Part shown: piece by piece, positions 1 through 12,572 of the stretch
How positions within the stretch are numbered: position 1 is the first letter of the stretch
Layout of the letters: every line of letters starts with the position of its first letter
Source of the DNA: Tubulanus polymorphus
Lineage: Eukaryota > Animalia > Nemertea
DNA: 64,000 bases
Direction: 5' to 3'
Assembly: GCF_964204645.1 (NCBI RefSeq)
Contig: NC_134033.1
Location: 9,742,655-9,806,654, forward strand
Notes under the pieces: model-generated
The model's input: only the letters and a program-made list of their open reading frames with translations
Databases searched by the model: none
Told to the model about the DNA's origin: nothing
Made by a program: the position numbers and the translations under genes

Positions 1-398
1 TATAGGCCTCACTTTCATTACCGCCTATAGATCTTTTTTTCAAATAGCGATTGGTTCCGTCAAATACACCGCATATATAAACCAGAGAGCCAAAAAACAA
101 ACGAAGCGTCAGTCAATTTCGATCGTCGCGTCATCTTGGTTTAATCATAGAACTATGTTCTATGGTTTAATCGTGTACTGCAGGGTTGTTGCCACTACGT
201 GGCAGCACAATACGGCTTTTTCGAACCCACTACGGAGCCGTCACGTTTTGATGTTTAGGGTCGAATCCCGAATTGATTTTATTTTTTTCGCGAAGTTTTC
301 TTTTGTGGTTATATGACTTCTCCCGAAAATCCGGAAATGAAATTGGATTTTTTTAAAATCCGGAATTCCGGAGAAATCCGGAGAAGTGGCAACACTGA

Positions 399-635
399 GG
401 GAGGGATGGTATTACAATGGAGGTCGACCCAGCGAGACAGATAGATTTCAAGCGAATCAATCTTATGATGAGTAAGTAATTCCTGGATGTTTTTAAACAG
501 TAATTGTGCCTGGAAAGTGATGCTAAAATCTAGTTTTATCTCTTTTTAGGGTACGTTAAAAAAGAGATTCCGGAAGCTAGTATTTCCGACATAAAAGTTG
601 CAATGCGTCAGAAATTGAAGAAGCTTCGGGCTTGA
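399..635 (+). pseudogene. Two candidate exons (399-471, 550-635) encoding a BEN-domain-like C-terminus, probably TE-borne
   Basis: GTAAGT donor at 472 and TTTTTAG acceptor at 549 splice in frame to ...RQIDFKRINLMMRYVKKEIPEASISDIKVAMRQKLKKLRA*, resembling BEN-domain ends (D..ri..i..yv....p.....ik.am.qKl). Confidence 0.4.
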
Positions 636-849
636 GATTATAGCATGGATTAGCTATGTGTTAACTATCTATATCTTACATATTAAAATCATAAAGATAA
701 CTTTTAAGTGTGTCTTGGTCTTCTGAGGTAAATTGGAGTTGGATATTTTTTTCAAGGTGAGCCAGGATTGGAATTCAGTATATTTTCAGACAGGAATTAG
801 ATGCGGCTGGACCTCTAATAGCTGAAATTGCTAATAACAGAATATAGAC

Positions 850-1095
850 AGACAGTGTATCTAGGATGAAGTACACGTTTAAGACACGTGTATTTAGGAT
901 GAAGGACCAGTGTATTTAGGATGAAGTACACGTGTAAGACACGTGTATCTGGGATGGACACATGTATTTTGATAAAGTAGCCTACACGTGTATTTAGAAT
1001 GAAGTACACGGGTAAAATTGGGCAAATTTTACACGTGTACTTAAAATACATGTGTATTTTCATTTATTATTACGCGTGTACAATTTTTGCTAGGG
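850..1095. mobile_element. Probable 3' end of a CMC/EnSpm-like DNA transposon with ACACGTGTA subterminal repeats
   Basis: Clustered ACACGTGTA/TTTAGGATGAAG repeats ending in TTTTTGCTAGGG (CCCTAGCAAAAA terminus); partner end not in window. Confidence 0.35.
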
Positions 1096-1292
1096 TATTA
1101 ACGAAATTACGGACCAAAACGTCGCAAGGAGAGCAGGTGTGACAGACAGTAGTGTGACAGATAGGCCTAGTAGACTATAGCCTAAAAGGAGGACCGGTAA
1201 AAGTGCAGATCTGCACCTCTCCGCGTAAACGGTTCAATCAATTAGGCCTACATTAAATATCATTGTTTCAGATTCAAAATGTCATCAGCAAT

Positions 1293-2095
1293 CGGTCATC
1301 CTTATTACCGAGATGATGTATTTTACCGAGATGAACCGAGATCAACCATGATGAAATTAAATATAACATATTTATTTATTCCATATCGATTTTAACCATT
1401 GAAATCATATTATATCAGTAATAAATGCCTGCTGGGTTCATATTTTACATATTTTGTCGGATATTTTTGGAAAAATAACTTTTAACTTTACCGAGATGAG
1501 ATCGTCGATCAATCAAATTCAATGAAATTTTATTGCTAACCGAGTTTACGTTTTCGAAGTGGCTACTCGTACGGACCCGTACGAATAATTCCGTAGGCTA
1601 TTCGTACACACCCGTCGGATAACTTTGGAATTATGTGTACGGGAAGGGATAGGGTTAGGGTAAGGTGAGGCTATATGTAGTTAAAACATTCGACCGACTG
1701 TCAGCGAGCTCGGTGGTCTAGTGGTACGATGCTGTGCTAGTAATTTACTGGCCCGGGTTCGAGTCTCGCTCTATCCGCTATTTTTCTCTAACCCTATTCT
1801 CCACACTTTCCTTGAATTTTCTAAGTCGTGCACCTCTGTATGCATGCGCAGCGTTAATCGGCCAATCAGCGACAGTTATTAGCGTACAGATCCTAGTCCC
1901 ATACGAATAGTCTCCAGAGTAATCAAAATTTTTTTTAATAAAAAAATATGTAAAATATGACTCTAGGAGGTATTTATTACTGATATAACATGATTTCAAG
2001 TGTTAAAATCGATAAGGAATAAATAAATATGTTATATTTAATTTCATCTCGGTTGATCTCGGTAAAATACATCATCTCGGTAATAAGGATGACCC
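1293..2095. mobile_element. Nested long-TIR element with 8-bp TSD (Merlin/MULE-like)
   Basis: ~110-bp TIRs (GGTCATCCTTATTACCGAGATG... / ...CATCTCGGTAATAAGGATGACCC); TSD TCAGCAAT at 1285-1292 and 2096-2103. Confidence 0.85.
1645..1875 (+). repeat. Dispersed repeat with tRNA-like A/B boxes and TTAGGG-like motifs
   Basis: TGGTCTAGTGG (A box) and GGTTCGAGTC (B box) at ~1714-1765; homologous inverted copy at ~49230-49475. Confidence 0.6.
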
Positions 2096-2390
2096 TCAGC
2101 AATTCATACATTGCCATTGGTTAATCTTAATATATCTTCACTAGAAAGATTTAGCCTGGATACTGTCATTCAGTAGATTGCGTCAATCACGAGAGGTGTG
2201 GATCTGCACTTTTACCGGAGGACCCATCGATCGTCGATAGGGCCTACTAAGATTTCAGAATCAAATTCACAACTTACGTAAAGTGTGTCATATCCTAGTC
2301 TTGCTAGTTCTGTACCCATTCCACCATCTAGTATTATGTAGTTCTGTTCTAGGAGTGACTGCATTCTCTAATTCAATCAGCAGGACTAGT

Positions 2391-2636
2391 TAGTTACCTA
2401 ATCGTTGGTGGTAAGCTTTTTATAATCGGATGGGCTTGTGGTTTGTGGAAATATCCGATCGTGAAACTAAAAACCACAGTCAGGACTCAGGTTACTGACT
2501 AGAGCAGGACCAGACCGGTCAATTAGTCAGTAACTTGTCTGTGGTTTAGTTTCACGATCAGATATTTTCACAAACCACAAGCTGGTATAAGCCCATCCGA
2601 TTATAAAAAGCTTACCACCAACGATTTAGGTAACTA
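2391..2636. mobile_element. Foldback/palindromic MITE
   Basis: ~100-bp inverted arms TAGTTACCTAATCGTTGGTGGTAAGC... / ...GCTTACCACCAACGATTTAGGTAACTA. Confidence 0.75.
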
Positions 2637-2841
2637 AGTCTAGGACCGGGCCCGACTAAACCCAGATGGGATATAACTAGAAAAAGGGACGGCTCGATCG
2701 ATAGCCTAGTGGTGTTGGTCAGGTTGTTCGAATCCCACAATACATCTTTATCCAATAAGGATTAGGATTTCATTAAACACTCAATATCATTTCTATGGAA
2801 AGTACAAATTCACTATCAACAGAAAATGATAAGCAATAGAT

Positions 2842-4340
2842 GTTTAACATATTTATAGATTTTGGCGGTATTAGCGAGTTATATCGTATGAAAGATCATA
2901 CAGATTTCTATAATATATAAAAAATGCAGAAACCTCTAGCTCAGTTCCCGTTTTTTAATAAATTAACTTTGAACATCTTAATTGCGGTCGCGTGTCTGTG
3001 ACACGTCTCTGACAATAGAATTAGATAAGTCGAATCTGGAATATGGGCTTTTTAATCATATTTATAGTTTTTGGCGGTATTAGCGAGTTATATCGTATGA
3101 AAGATCATAAAGATTTCTATAATATATAAAAAATGCAGAAACCTCTCAGTTCCCGTTTTTTAATAAATTGACTTTGAACATCTTAATTGCGGTCGCGTGT
3201 CTGTGACACGTCTCTGACAATAGAATAAGATTAGTCGAATCTGGAATATGGGCTTTTTAAACATATTTATAGTTTTTGGCGGTATTAGCGAGTTATATCG
3301 TATGAAAGATCATAAAGATTTCTATAATATATAAAAAATGCAGAAAACTCTCAGTTCCCGTTTTTTAATAAATTAACTTTGAACATCTTAATTGCGGTCG
3401 CTTGTCTCTGACACGTCTCTGACAATAGAATTAGATAAGTCGAATCTGGAATATGGGCTCTTTAATCATATTTATAGTTTTTGGCGGTATTAGCGAGTTA
3501 TATCGTATGAAAGATCATACAGATTTCTATAATATATAAAAAATGCAGAAACCTCTCAGTTCCCGTTTTTTAATAAATTGACTTTTAACATCTTAATTGC
3601 GGTCGCGTGTCTGTGACACGTCTCTGACAATAGAATAAGATAAGTCGAATCTGGAAGATGGGCTTTTTAAACATATTTATAGTTTTTGGCGGTATTAGCG
3701 AGTTATATCGTATGAAAGATCATAAAGATTTCTATAATATATAAAAAATGCAGAAACCCCTCAGTTCCCGTTTTTTAATGAATTAACTTTGAACATCTTA
3801 ATTGCGGTCGCGTGTCTTTGGTAATAGATTCAGCAAAGTCGAATCTGGAAGATGGGCTTTTTAAACGTATTTATAGTTGTTGGCGGTATTAGAGAGTTAT
3901 ATCGTATGAAAGATCATAAAGATTTCTATAATATATAAAAAATGCAGAAACCTCTCAGTTCCCGTTTTTTAATAAATTGACTTTGAACATCTTAATTGCG
4001 GTCGCGTGTCTGTGACACGTCTCTGACAATAGAATTAGATAAGTCGAATCTGGAATATGGGCTTTTTAAGCATATTTATAGTTTTTGGCGGTATTAGAAA
4101 GTTATATCGTATGAAAGATCATAAAGATTTCTATAATATATAAAAAATGCAGAAACCTCTCAGTTCCCGTTTTTTAATAAATTGACTTTGAACATCTTAA
4201 TTGCGGTCGCGTGTCTGTGACACGTCTCTGACAATAGAATTAGATAAGTCGAATCTGGAATATGGGCTTTTTAAACATATTTATAGTTTTTGGCGGTATT
4301 AGAGAGTTATATCGTATGAAAGATCATAAAGATATCTAAA
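2842..4340 (+). repeat. Tandem array, 205-bp unit, ~7.3 copies (left arm of MULE-NOF element)
   Basis: GGCGGTATTAG recurs at 2864, 3073, 3278, 3483, 3688, 3882, 4087, 4292. Confidence 0.95.
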
Positions 4341-4452
4341 GATAACATATCAAAAATGCATCATTTGAAAGCAAAGTCGAAAAGTAAGATAATCAATAAA
4401 AATGACATCTCTTTTCACAAAATTTAAAGAATCGTTACTTTATACTTTTTAG

Positions 4453-7400
4453 GTTGAACCACCGAGTCGAGCTGCAGAATTGGTTGAACAAGGACCACCA
4501 TTAAGGAAAGCCGACAATATTCGTCTGCCTCGTCAAAAAAGGCGACGTTTTACTGACTTCCAAACTCAAATCATGCCGCGTTTGAACAGTGGGAGTGTGA
4601 AGTACTGTTACTGTAAACAACCGGATGATGGAAATATTATGGTTCAATGCGCATACTGCAACGATTAGTTCCATCATAAATGTATCGAAAATCCACCGGA
4701 TACAGATACGATAAACAATGAGAGCTTCATATTTTGTTGCAATTACTGTGTTACTGGTTTAAGCAAGCGTGGAATGGTTAACAGGCGCAATACATGCTGG
4801 TTAATTGCATCGATTCAAGCATTTCTGTCAACACCATTGGCAGGTGACCTCCGCACTTTACAAAGCCAAAAAAATCATTTCAAGATCAAATGCTGTAGAG
4901 GAGCTTGCAAACAACCTGTCGAGAATTTGTCATAAACTGTGCGATGATTCACCCGAACCATACATTCCAGAACAGTTTATGTACTCGCTTCTTAATAGTA
5001 TGACCATACCGCAAGTAGCCAATGGACGAATGTTGGATTGCGATGATTTCATTCGTCACGTCTTGATTCCTATTTGTTCTGCATATGAAATCGATGACAA
5101 ACTCATAACTAAAACTGAGACTTATTGTCCGGAACTGGGCCACGCGCACAGTTACTTAAACCAGAACCAGAACTTCAACGAGATCATAATCGGGCGAAAA
5201 GCAATCCCGGGAGATGACATCATGGCTAGTCTGATTCGCTATTTTGAGCCTGAAAATCGCGAATGTAAATGCCCATGCAACCAATGTGATAGCGGTGAAC
5301 ACGATTGTAGGCCGCATTTACTTACGAAGTACAGCCAAAAGGTGCAAAAACTTCCAAAAACACTTATATTGAACATGGCCCGATGCCAGATTGATATCGC
5401 AAGTGGAGCTGTTTATAAAAATATGGACCCCATACAACTGTCTCCGGTCATTGATATGAGACGTTTCATCGCCGAATCAGCTGAACAGCCCTCATCGTGT
5501 AGCTATTGGCTCTCAGCTGTAGTGGTACATCGTGGTGCGAGTGCAAATGATGGTCATTACGTTACGTACCGATTTAACAGGGACAGTACCATAACCCTCT
5601 TCGATGACCATCTAAAGCAATCGGTCGATTTTGATGAAGCGGGGAGAGAAATTACCGAAAATGGACAGTTATTTCTGTATACGATTGACCATATTCAGCA
5701 TGATGTTGCGGTGAATCAACATCCTGTGACCAGAAACGAGACACCTGTCATTACGTCGCCAATTGAAATCCATTACAGCACGTGTTCCGACGATTATGTC
5801 AGCAATGACACGCCGCCGGCTCCATTGTCTTCCGAGGTGGAGACTAATGACAACGAATGTGATACGGATATCGCGACTATTGTGTTACCCACCAGTCCTA
5901 AAAAACTAGAGAGCAAAACAAAAGAACGTCTAGCTGGGATAATACTACCTGACGGAGATTTCCATGCAGATTTACCGTCATGTGGAGAATTCACCTTAGA
6001 AAAGATGGAATGGGACGTGCTAATCGAAAATAGCAAATTGTGCAAAACTAAATACAGCTGGCTGACCTTGCCTTCGAACTGGGTAAATGTCATCCACAAA
6101 CATGTACAAAAATTGAACCCATATTGTCCTATCCAGTATTCTAGACACAGGGTGAAATTTCCGGATTCCAGAAAGAAGAACAGTCCTTATTTTACGGCAT
6201 ATGGTTACTGCAACATGCCCGATTGTACGTGTAAGATTGTTGTCAAAACGGAAAGTCTTGATGAGTTGAAGTGCGTGGTAGAATTCTCCGGGAATATCAG
6301 TCATAAAAAAGGTGATTTTCGGAGACGATATTTCCGAGCTGATGAACGGGAAGAAATGAAAAAAAAAACTAATCAAAGAGAAAAACCCACGACGACTTCA
6401 AGACGAACATCTTAATAATCTAGATCCAAAGCAGATTGCATCCGGAAATTTAACGGGGATGTCAGCTAACGGCGATGTTTACCGAACCATGCAACATGAA
6501 GCCAGATTAGAATTGCAAAGGCACGACGATGTGCACATAAGCCTTGTGAAACTTAAAGACGAATTTATTGCTGACCCTTTCTTTGCCGAAAATGTGAAAA
6601 CAGGCTATATTCAATCGATATCAGTTTTACCTTCATGCGTCATAATGTTTTCGGAAGCCGGTGTACGTGCATTTCATGATGTGGCTGCGAAAAATACAAT
6701 ATTTTACGATGCAACCGGTTCAGTAGTTCGGAAAGAACCAGGAAAGCCAGATCATTTTTATCACTCTATTGTTTTGGCAAATCCGGTTCCAGGTAGAAAT
6801 ACTCCCCTGGCAGTAGCAGAAATGATAACTGACAATCAGACACAAGTAATGATGGAACAATGGTTGTCACAGTTTCGTTATGCAGAGAAATCGTTATATG
6901 GATATAAAAATACTGTAACGCCGAAAATGATTTCCTGATAGAAGTGTAGCTTTCATACAAGCATTTCTGAAAGTATTCAATTTCGAAACAATGGAGGATC
7001 ACCTGAAACGTTGCCATCGTATCCTTGAGGGCAAGGCAACGACAGACGACTTGCAAAAATCATTGATGCACGTCGGCGCCTGTCATTTGATGAAAGATGC
7101 GAAGGTACACTGCAAGAAAATACATAAATCAAATTATCAATATGGAATGTATTTGTTCAGTCTGCTGTTGAACTGTGCAAATCTCGATCAGTTCGTTAAA
7201 TTGTATTATAGCATATGCTTTGTCCTATTATCACCACATGAGTCGCAGCAAACGAAGAATAATCACAAAATCATACAAGAGTCAGTTGATAATATAGAAA
7301 CATTAAGTGACCTGAATGTTGAGACATCTACAGATGCTAATCCAACAGAATCTGACGAAGCAATTAAAGAAACTGGGCGCTTAACCGAGGAAGAATGTTT

Positions 7401-8735
7401 TCATGCATCTGTCCGATCACCGTTTTCTATGATTGGAAATTCTATTGTTGAGAAGGTTAAACGGGACATAGAAAGCGACAAAGTGAATTGTGCAACAAGC
7501 GAACCAAATCACAGACAGTCAACCGAATTGCTAATGAAAATAAACAAGTACTTCATACCAACGATCCCGATTTGGTCAAACATGCTAACCGGTAATTTAC
7601 AACGTCACTTCAAATCAGATGATCTCGCAATAAAATCGCTCCACAATGTTCCGAAAACTCAAGGTATCATGGAACAATATTGGAAAGACATGAAAGGTGC
7701 AATGACTACGTATGTCCGTTGGCGAATCGATGCTCTGGTTTTGCATGCCAAGGACTTTCACGTCAGCCGCTGCAAGAAATTTTTCATCCAAAATGCACAA
7801 AAATTGAGAAAGCGAAGGTGTCCGGGGAAAAAAGCAATCACTTTAGCGACCGAAAAATGGCAACACACACCTAAGGTGTTGGGGAGAGCGAGAACTGGCA
7901 ATGGAAATGCAAAGAAAGGTCACTTTCAAAAAGCTCCTGTAAAATCGCTGAATCTCACACCTGCAAGATGTAAAAAGAATACGATCGACGAAGCCAAAAG
8001 TGTTAAAAGAAAGAGATCAGTTATCCCATAACTGAAAACCACAAAAAGGTCAAAACCATCGAAATAGAATCCGATTGCGACGAAAATGTTATTGAAAACA
8101 CTGGTCGAATTGATAAGAAAAACCGACACGCAAGCCATCTTACAGATGAGATCATCGACCGAGTCGCTGAAACTACTACTTGGTTACAAGATGACCACAT
8201 ACATGCTTTCGCAGAAGCCATGTTCGTAACAAAGACATCGGACTTTCTTCCAAGTTTTTTCATCACGTCGCTCCTTTTGAACAGGAAAGAGCAGGTTGCA
8301 AGATACTTACAAGGCGAACTAGACCCGAATAGGTTCATGCTCGACCGTAAAAAGATTTTCATACCACACAATAAAGGTAACAACCACTGGGTCTGCATAA
8401 TTTTTGACGCTGGCAATAAAAAGATATATTACCTCGACCCACTAGAATCTACTACTTCGGAGTACGGTGTGTATCTAACCGAAAAAGTGGTTGCACTATT
8501 TTGCGAGAAAATGAAGATTAAAAATTTACACGGTGCATGGAGTTACTTATATAATCCAATACATAAACGGAATCAACATGACCTGAACAGCTGCGGAATT
8601 TATATTTGCGCGTACTTCGAAAGTTATCTTCAGCAAATTGATGGAGATTTCAGCCTCATCACATGGAGGCCGGACGCTTACCGAAGACGAATGAGGGAAG
8701 TGTTGAGGAAAGCAAAGATGAATGCCATGAAATAG
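4453..8735 (+). pseudogene. MULE/NOF-FB-type transposase polyprotein: PHD finger + USP (C19) peptidase + DDE transposase + Ulp1 (C48) peptidase; 1 nonsense codon and ~4 frameshifts
   Basis: Acceptor at 4452; PHD YCYCKQ..MVQCAYCND*FHHKC..CNYC; USP Cys box GMVNRRNTCWLIASIQ and His box VVVHRGASANDGHY..LFDD; NOF-type FYDATGSV..FYHSIV..AVAEMI, DRSVAF, ACHLMK (MULE CxxH-type motif), IMEQYWKDMK; Ulp1 WLQDDHI..HWVCIIFD..YLDPL..QHDLNSCGIYIC. Confidence 0.85.
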
Positions 8736-8774
8736 AGGATATAGAAGACAGAAGATTAGTAAAGATTCGTTACA

Positions 8775-9420
8775 GAGATTCGCAGCGGGCAAGGGGATAT
8801 TTAAGGCGATCATTGAGGATATCGCATTTCACGGGTCCTTTTAGGGCTGACTGTGGTGTCGGTGTTAAATAGAGAGATTCGCAGGTCTCCTGGGCAGGAG
8901 GAGATTTAACGCGATCGTTGTGTGGATATCGCATTTCACGGGTCCTTTTAGGGCTGACTGTGGTGTCGGTGTTAAATAGAGAGATTCGCAGGTCTCCTGG
9001 GCAGGAGGAGATTTAACGCGATCGTTGTGTGGATATCGCATTTCACGGGTCCTTTTAGGGCTGACTGTGGTGTCGGTGTTAAATAGAGAGATTCGCAGGT
9101 CTCCTGGGCAGGAGGAGATTTAACGCGATCGTTGTGTGGATATCGCATTTCACGGGTCCTTTAAGGGCTGACTGTGGTGCCGGTATTGAATAGAGAGATT
9201 CGCTGGTCTCCTGGGCAGGAGGAGATTTAACGCGATCGTTGTGGATATCGCATTTCACGGGTCCTTTTTGGGCTGACTGTGGTGCCGGTATTGAATAGAG
9301 AGATTCGCTGGTCTCCTGGGCAGGAGGAGATTTAACGCGATCGTTGTGTGGATATCGCATTTCACGGGTCCTTTTAGGGCTGACTGTGGTGTCGGTGTTA
9401 AAAAAGAGAGAGATTCGCAG
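8775..9420 (+). repeat. Tandem array, 107-bp unit, ~6 copies
   Basis: GATATCGCATTTCACGGGTCC recurs at 8818, 8925, 9032, 9139, 9244, 9351. Confidence 0.95.
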
Positions 9421-10699
9421 TCGAGACTGGTAAGTATAAGTAATAAGTGTTTTTTTCTTTTCATCATTTCAGGATTTCATATTTCAGTATTACTGGACGA
9501 TTCGAATTAGCGATGACTACATCTGAAAGAAAATTGCTATGACAATCGTGGAAAATAAAATTGAATACGTCTTTTCCGTAAAAACACCTAAATCAGCCTT
9601 CAGTCGATTTTACAGCAGTTCCTTGATGCATTTTGGATTGATTTTTTGCACAGACAAACGATATGAAATCTAATGAATACTATGATTACATTATATTGAT
9701 TGATTACGGTGTTGTGGTTGTTGGAAAAAATCCCTTTGTAAATGTCCCCTAGCTAATAATCCCAAAATCTTCAAAGTACCGGCAGGTAAAAATATATCCA
9801 CTCTACGATTGTGCAAGAGCATTTCAAAGCAAGATATTTCTCCAATATTTTTCATTCGCGATACTGCAACATATTTGAACTGTACAATTAACCCTTTTCT
9901 TCGTGATAAATCTTTAAATAAATTCTTAGAATTGATAGAATTAATTAACTTTTCATTTGGAATATTTCAGAATGAATTCATGCTGGTGTAAATTTTAACT
10001 GTATGATAACTCTTTTTAACTTGCGATAGGTTTGAGCTGTGCGATAAATTTTGATAATGAACTGTTTATTTGTAGTATTTTTCAATTGTACAATAATTAG
10101 TATGCTTATGATATTCTTTTACTATACAATAGAGTTGAATATATATAAATTGGATACCTTCATATGCATACATCACTTTCATAGATCTACTTGCACCCTA
10201 AGTCAAGAGATGGGGGATTTTTACTGAAAAATTTACTGAACAAATTTAATTATAATGAAACATTTTCGTAAGTGAATCGTTTGTATGTGTAACTGGGGTA
10301 GCTCTTGTGTGCTGTGTCTGAAAAAATAGAGAACATAGCCATTAGAGTTTATATCCTGGGGAACGCCGAATCATCAGTGGATAAGGATGATATATGATTA
10401 TTAAAAATGTAGGGACAATAATAATATTCAAAGTATTGATAAATCTATTGCATTTCGGAAACTGACCACCTAGAGATACGCGATGTAAGATTAAAGCAAA
10501 TTACCAATGGTATGTAACCTATCCAAAATGGCACAAAAGGCAAAAGTGTCCTTTGAAATTCAATCGAAATTTGTCTCATTATCTCGATCAAAAGGCGTAA
10601 CACAATACGCGTTAATTAATGTAGTTTCTATGTCGGTTTGATTATAGGCCAAATATGATTAGTCAGTAACATATCCATATAATGAAATTGAATAGGCGC

Positions 10700-11302
10700 G
10701 CGCCTGTTGTCAATTAAGATATTCAAAGATGTTCGATTAATTAAAAAACGGGAACTGAGAGTTTTCTGCATTTTTGATATGTTAGAGAAATCTGTATGAT
10801 CTTTCAAATGATCTAATTCGCTAATACCGCCAAAAACTAGAAACATGTTAAAAAAAAGCCCATATTCCAGATTCTACTTTGCTGAATCTATTATCAAGGA
10901 CGGGTCAGAGACACGCGACCGCAATTAAAATGTTCAAAGTCTATGTATAAAAAAACGGGAACTGAGAGTTTTCTGAGTTTTTTATATTTTTTGATATCTT
11001 CATGAACCTTCAAATGCCGCCAAAAACTAGAAACATGTTAAAAAAGCCCATCTTCCAGATTCGATTTTGCTAAATCTATTATCAAAGATGGGTCAGAGAC
11101 ACGCGACCGCAATTAAGATGTTCAAAGTAAAAAAATTACAAATATTTGTTCTTATTTCCATATATATGCTGAATAAAAAAGGAGCGACGGGGAACAGATA
11201 AAAATAAAATTCTTTTGTTTTACCTAGATCCGTAGTCAAGTTAATGATAAAAAACGGCCCTCCGGATCATTCATAATTCATAAGTTCTTTTTGTGTTAAG
11301 CT
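10700..11302 (-). repeat. Right arm of MULE-NOF element: ~2 inverted copies of the 205-bp unit plus candidate terminus
   Basis: AAAAAACGGGAACTGAGAG, TAATACCGCCAAAAA, CACGCGACCGCAATTAA are reverse complements of the left-array unit (10700-11130); candidate end AGCTTAACACAAAAAGAAC on - strand at 11302 is inferred only. Confidence 0.75.
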
Positions 11303-12572
11303 ATTTTGATAAAATGTCGTTTTACGCAGTCAATCGGGTTGATTCTGATAGCGATCGATAATCAAGATCAACAACAGGAAACAATCATAGTATTCGCCAT
11401 TTCAGCAGGGTAATGACACGAGTTTGCATTTTAAGTATTGCCGGCAGTGAGACACGTACGGGAGAACCGGAAATGAGTAACCTGAATCTGGTAGATCCGA
11501 ATAAAGTGATAGCTTCATGTAGGTCAATAGATGAGATCTAACTGACGGACGCCTCGTCACAGCTGAGAAGGGTCATTCTTAAGAATCCGCAGACCTGCCC
11601 TGAGAGGTGACATGGCTTCTCAGGGCAGGAACCTGCCCTGAGAGGCCATTGGCGCAATTAAGCAGTATAAATAGAAAACTCGGCTATAATTCTGATGAAA
11701 CGGCGAACTATCTCGCCGATGTTTGCATGCACATTGTCGAGTATCATGAAATTAAATGGAATAAAATGAAATAAATTAAATGTATTGATATATCGATACT
11801 TAACAAATAAAACGAAAGTAATATTTCAATTAAAATTCATTCATAATAAGACATGTATTTTTAAAAAGTCATGTAGTTAACCGACGACGGAAAGTTATGG
11901 AGATTATATAAATTTCAAAGCATTAATTTAATTATTCAAATATCCTATAGGCCTACATAAACAATTTGTGTCGTCCACTGATATTAGTGCGTTTCAATAT
12001 GCTGTATATTCTTATTCAACTGTGAATTTATTGGGGGTTTCTACTGCTTTCGCAGCAACTCTATTGTAATTCTGCTGATCATATTTTTCTTCGGGGTAAG
12101 GGTTGGTTGATCCAGGGAAGTGTGATGAGATGGAATACGGACGCTATTGTGCAGCTCTTGTCGAATGTGCGTTGTAATTGCCCTAAAGCCGATAACGGTT
12201 CGTCGGCGAGCGCTTTGTTACGTAACGCGCCGATAAGCGATAACCAGCGAGATCGGGAATCTCCGTAATAATTCAGTTGTTTCCGAATATCGGTTTTTCA
12301 TCCCATAATAAACTTATATAAAAATTCCTCTGTAAACTGGTTAAACTCAACACCTGATTTCCCCTCATCAATTTTAGTCGATCAACTTGTATTCACAATT
12401 GTCTTAAATTTAAGTGCCCCCTAGTTTGTCTCTTAACTGCTTCTCTTTAATCTGTTTTAGCGTGTAACTGTTTCTACGTTAATTTTCCTTTAGTTAGTAT
12501 CATCTCTGATTACTTGAATTAGTCTCTTTGTCTCTGGATTGTATATATCTCTCATAATTTCTGTAGTATTCA

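Larger units (their letters stand above)
1195..2217. mobile_element. Non-autonomous TIR element, CGG termini, 6-bp TSD (unclassified)
   Basis: TIR CGGTAAAAGTGCAGATCTGCACCTCTC / GAGAGGTGTGGATCTGCACTTTTACCG; TSD GAGGAC at 1189-1194 and 2218-2223. Confidence 0.85.

Noticed and set aside
181-397. hAT-like MITE (CAGGGTTGTTGCCACT / AGTGGCAACACTG)
   Set aside because: Imperfect TIRs and no TSD.
1705-1775. Functional tRNA gene
   Set aside because: A/B boxes present but no convincing acceptor stem; embedded in a dispersed repeat.
8775-9420. CRISPR-like regular repeats (also 2842-4340 and 14517-15490)
   Set aside because: Head-to-tail tandem units without unique spacers; eukaryotic context; no cas genes.
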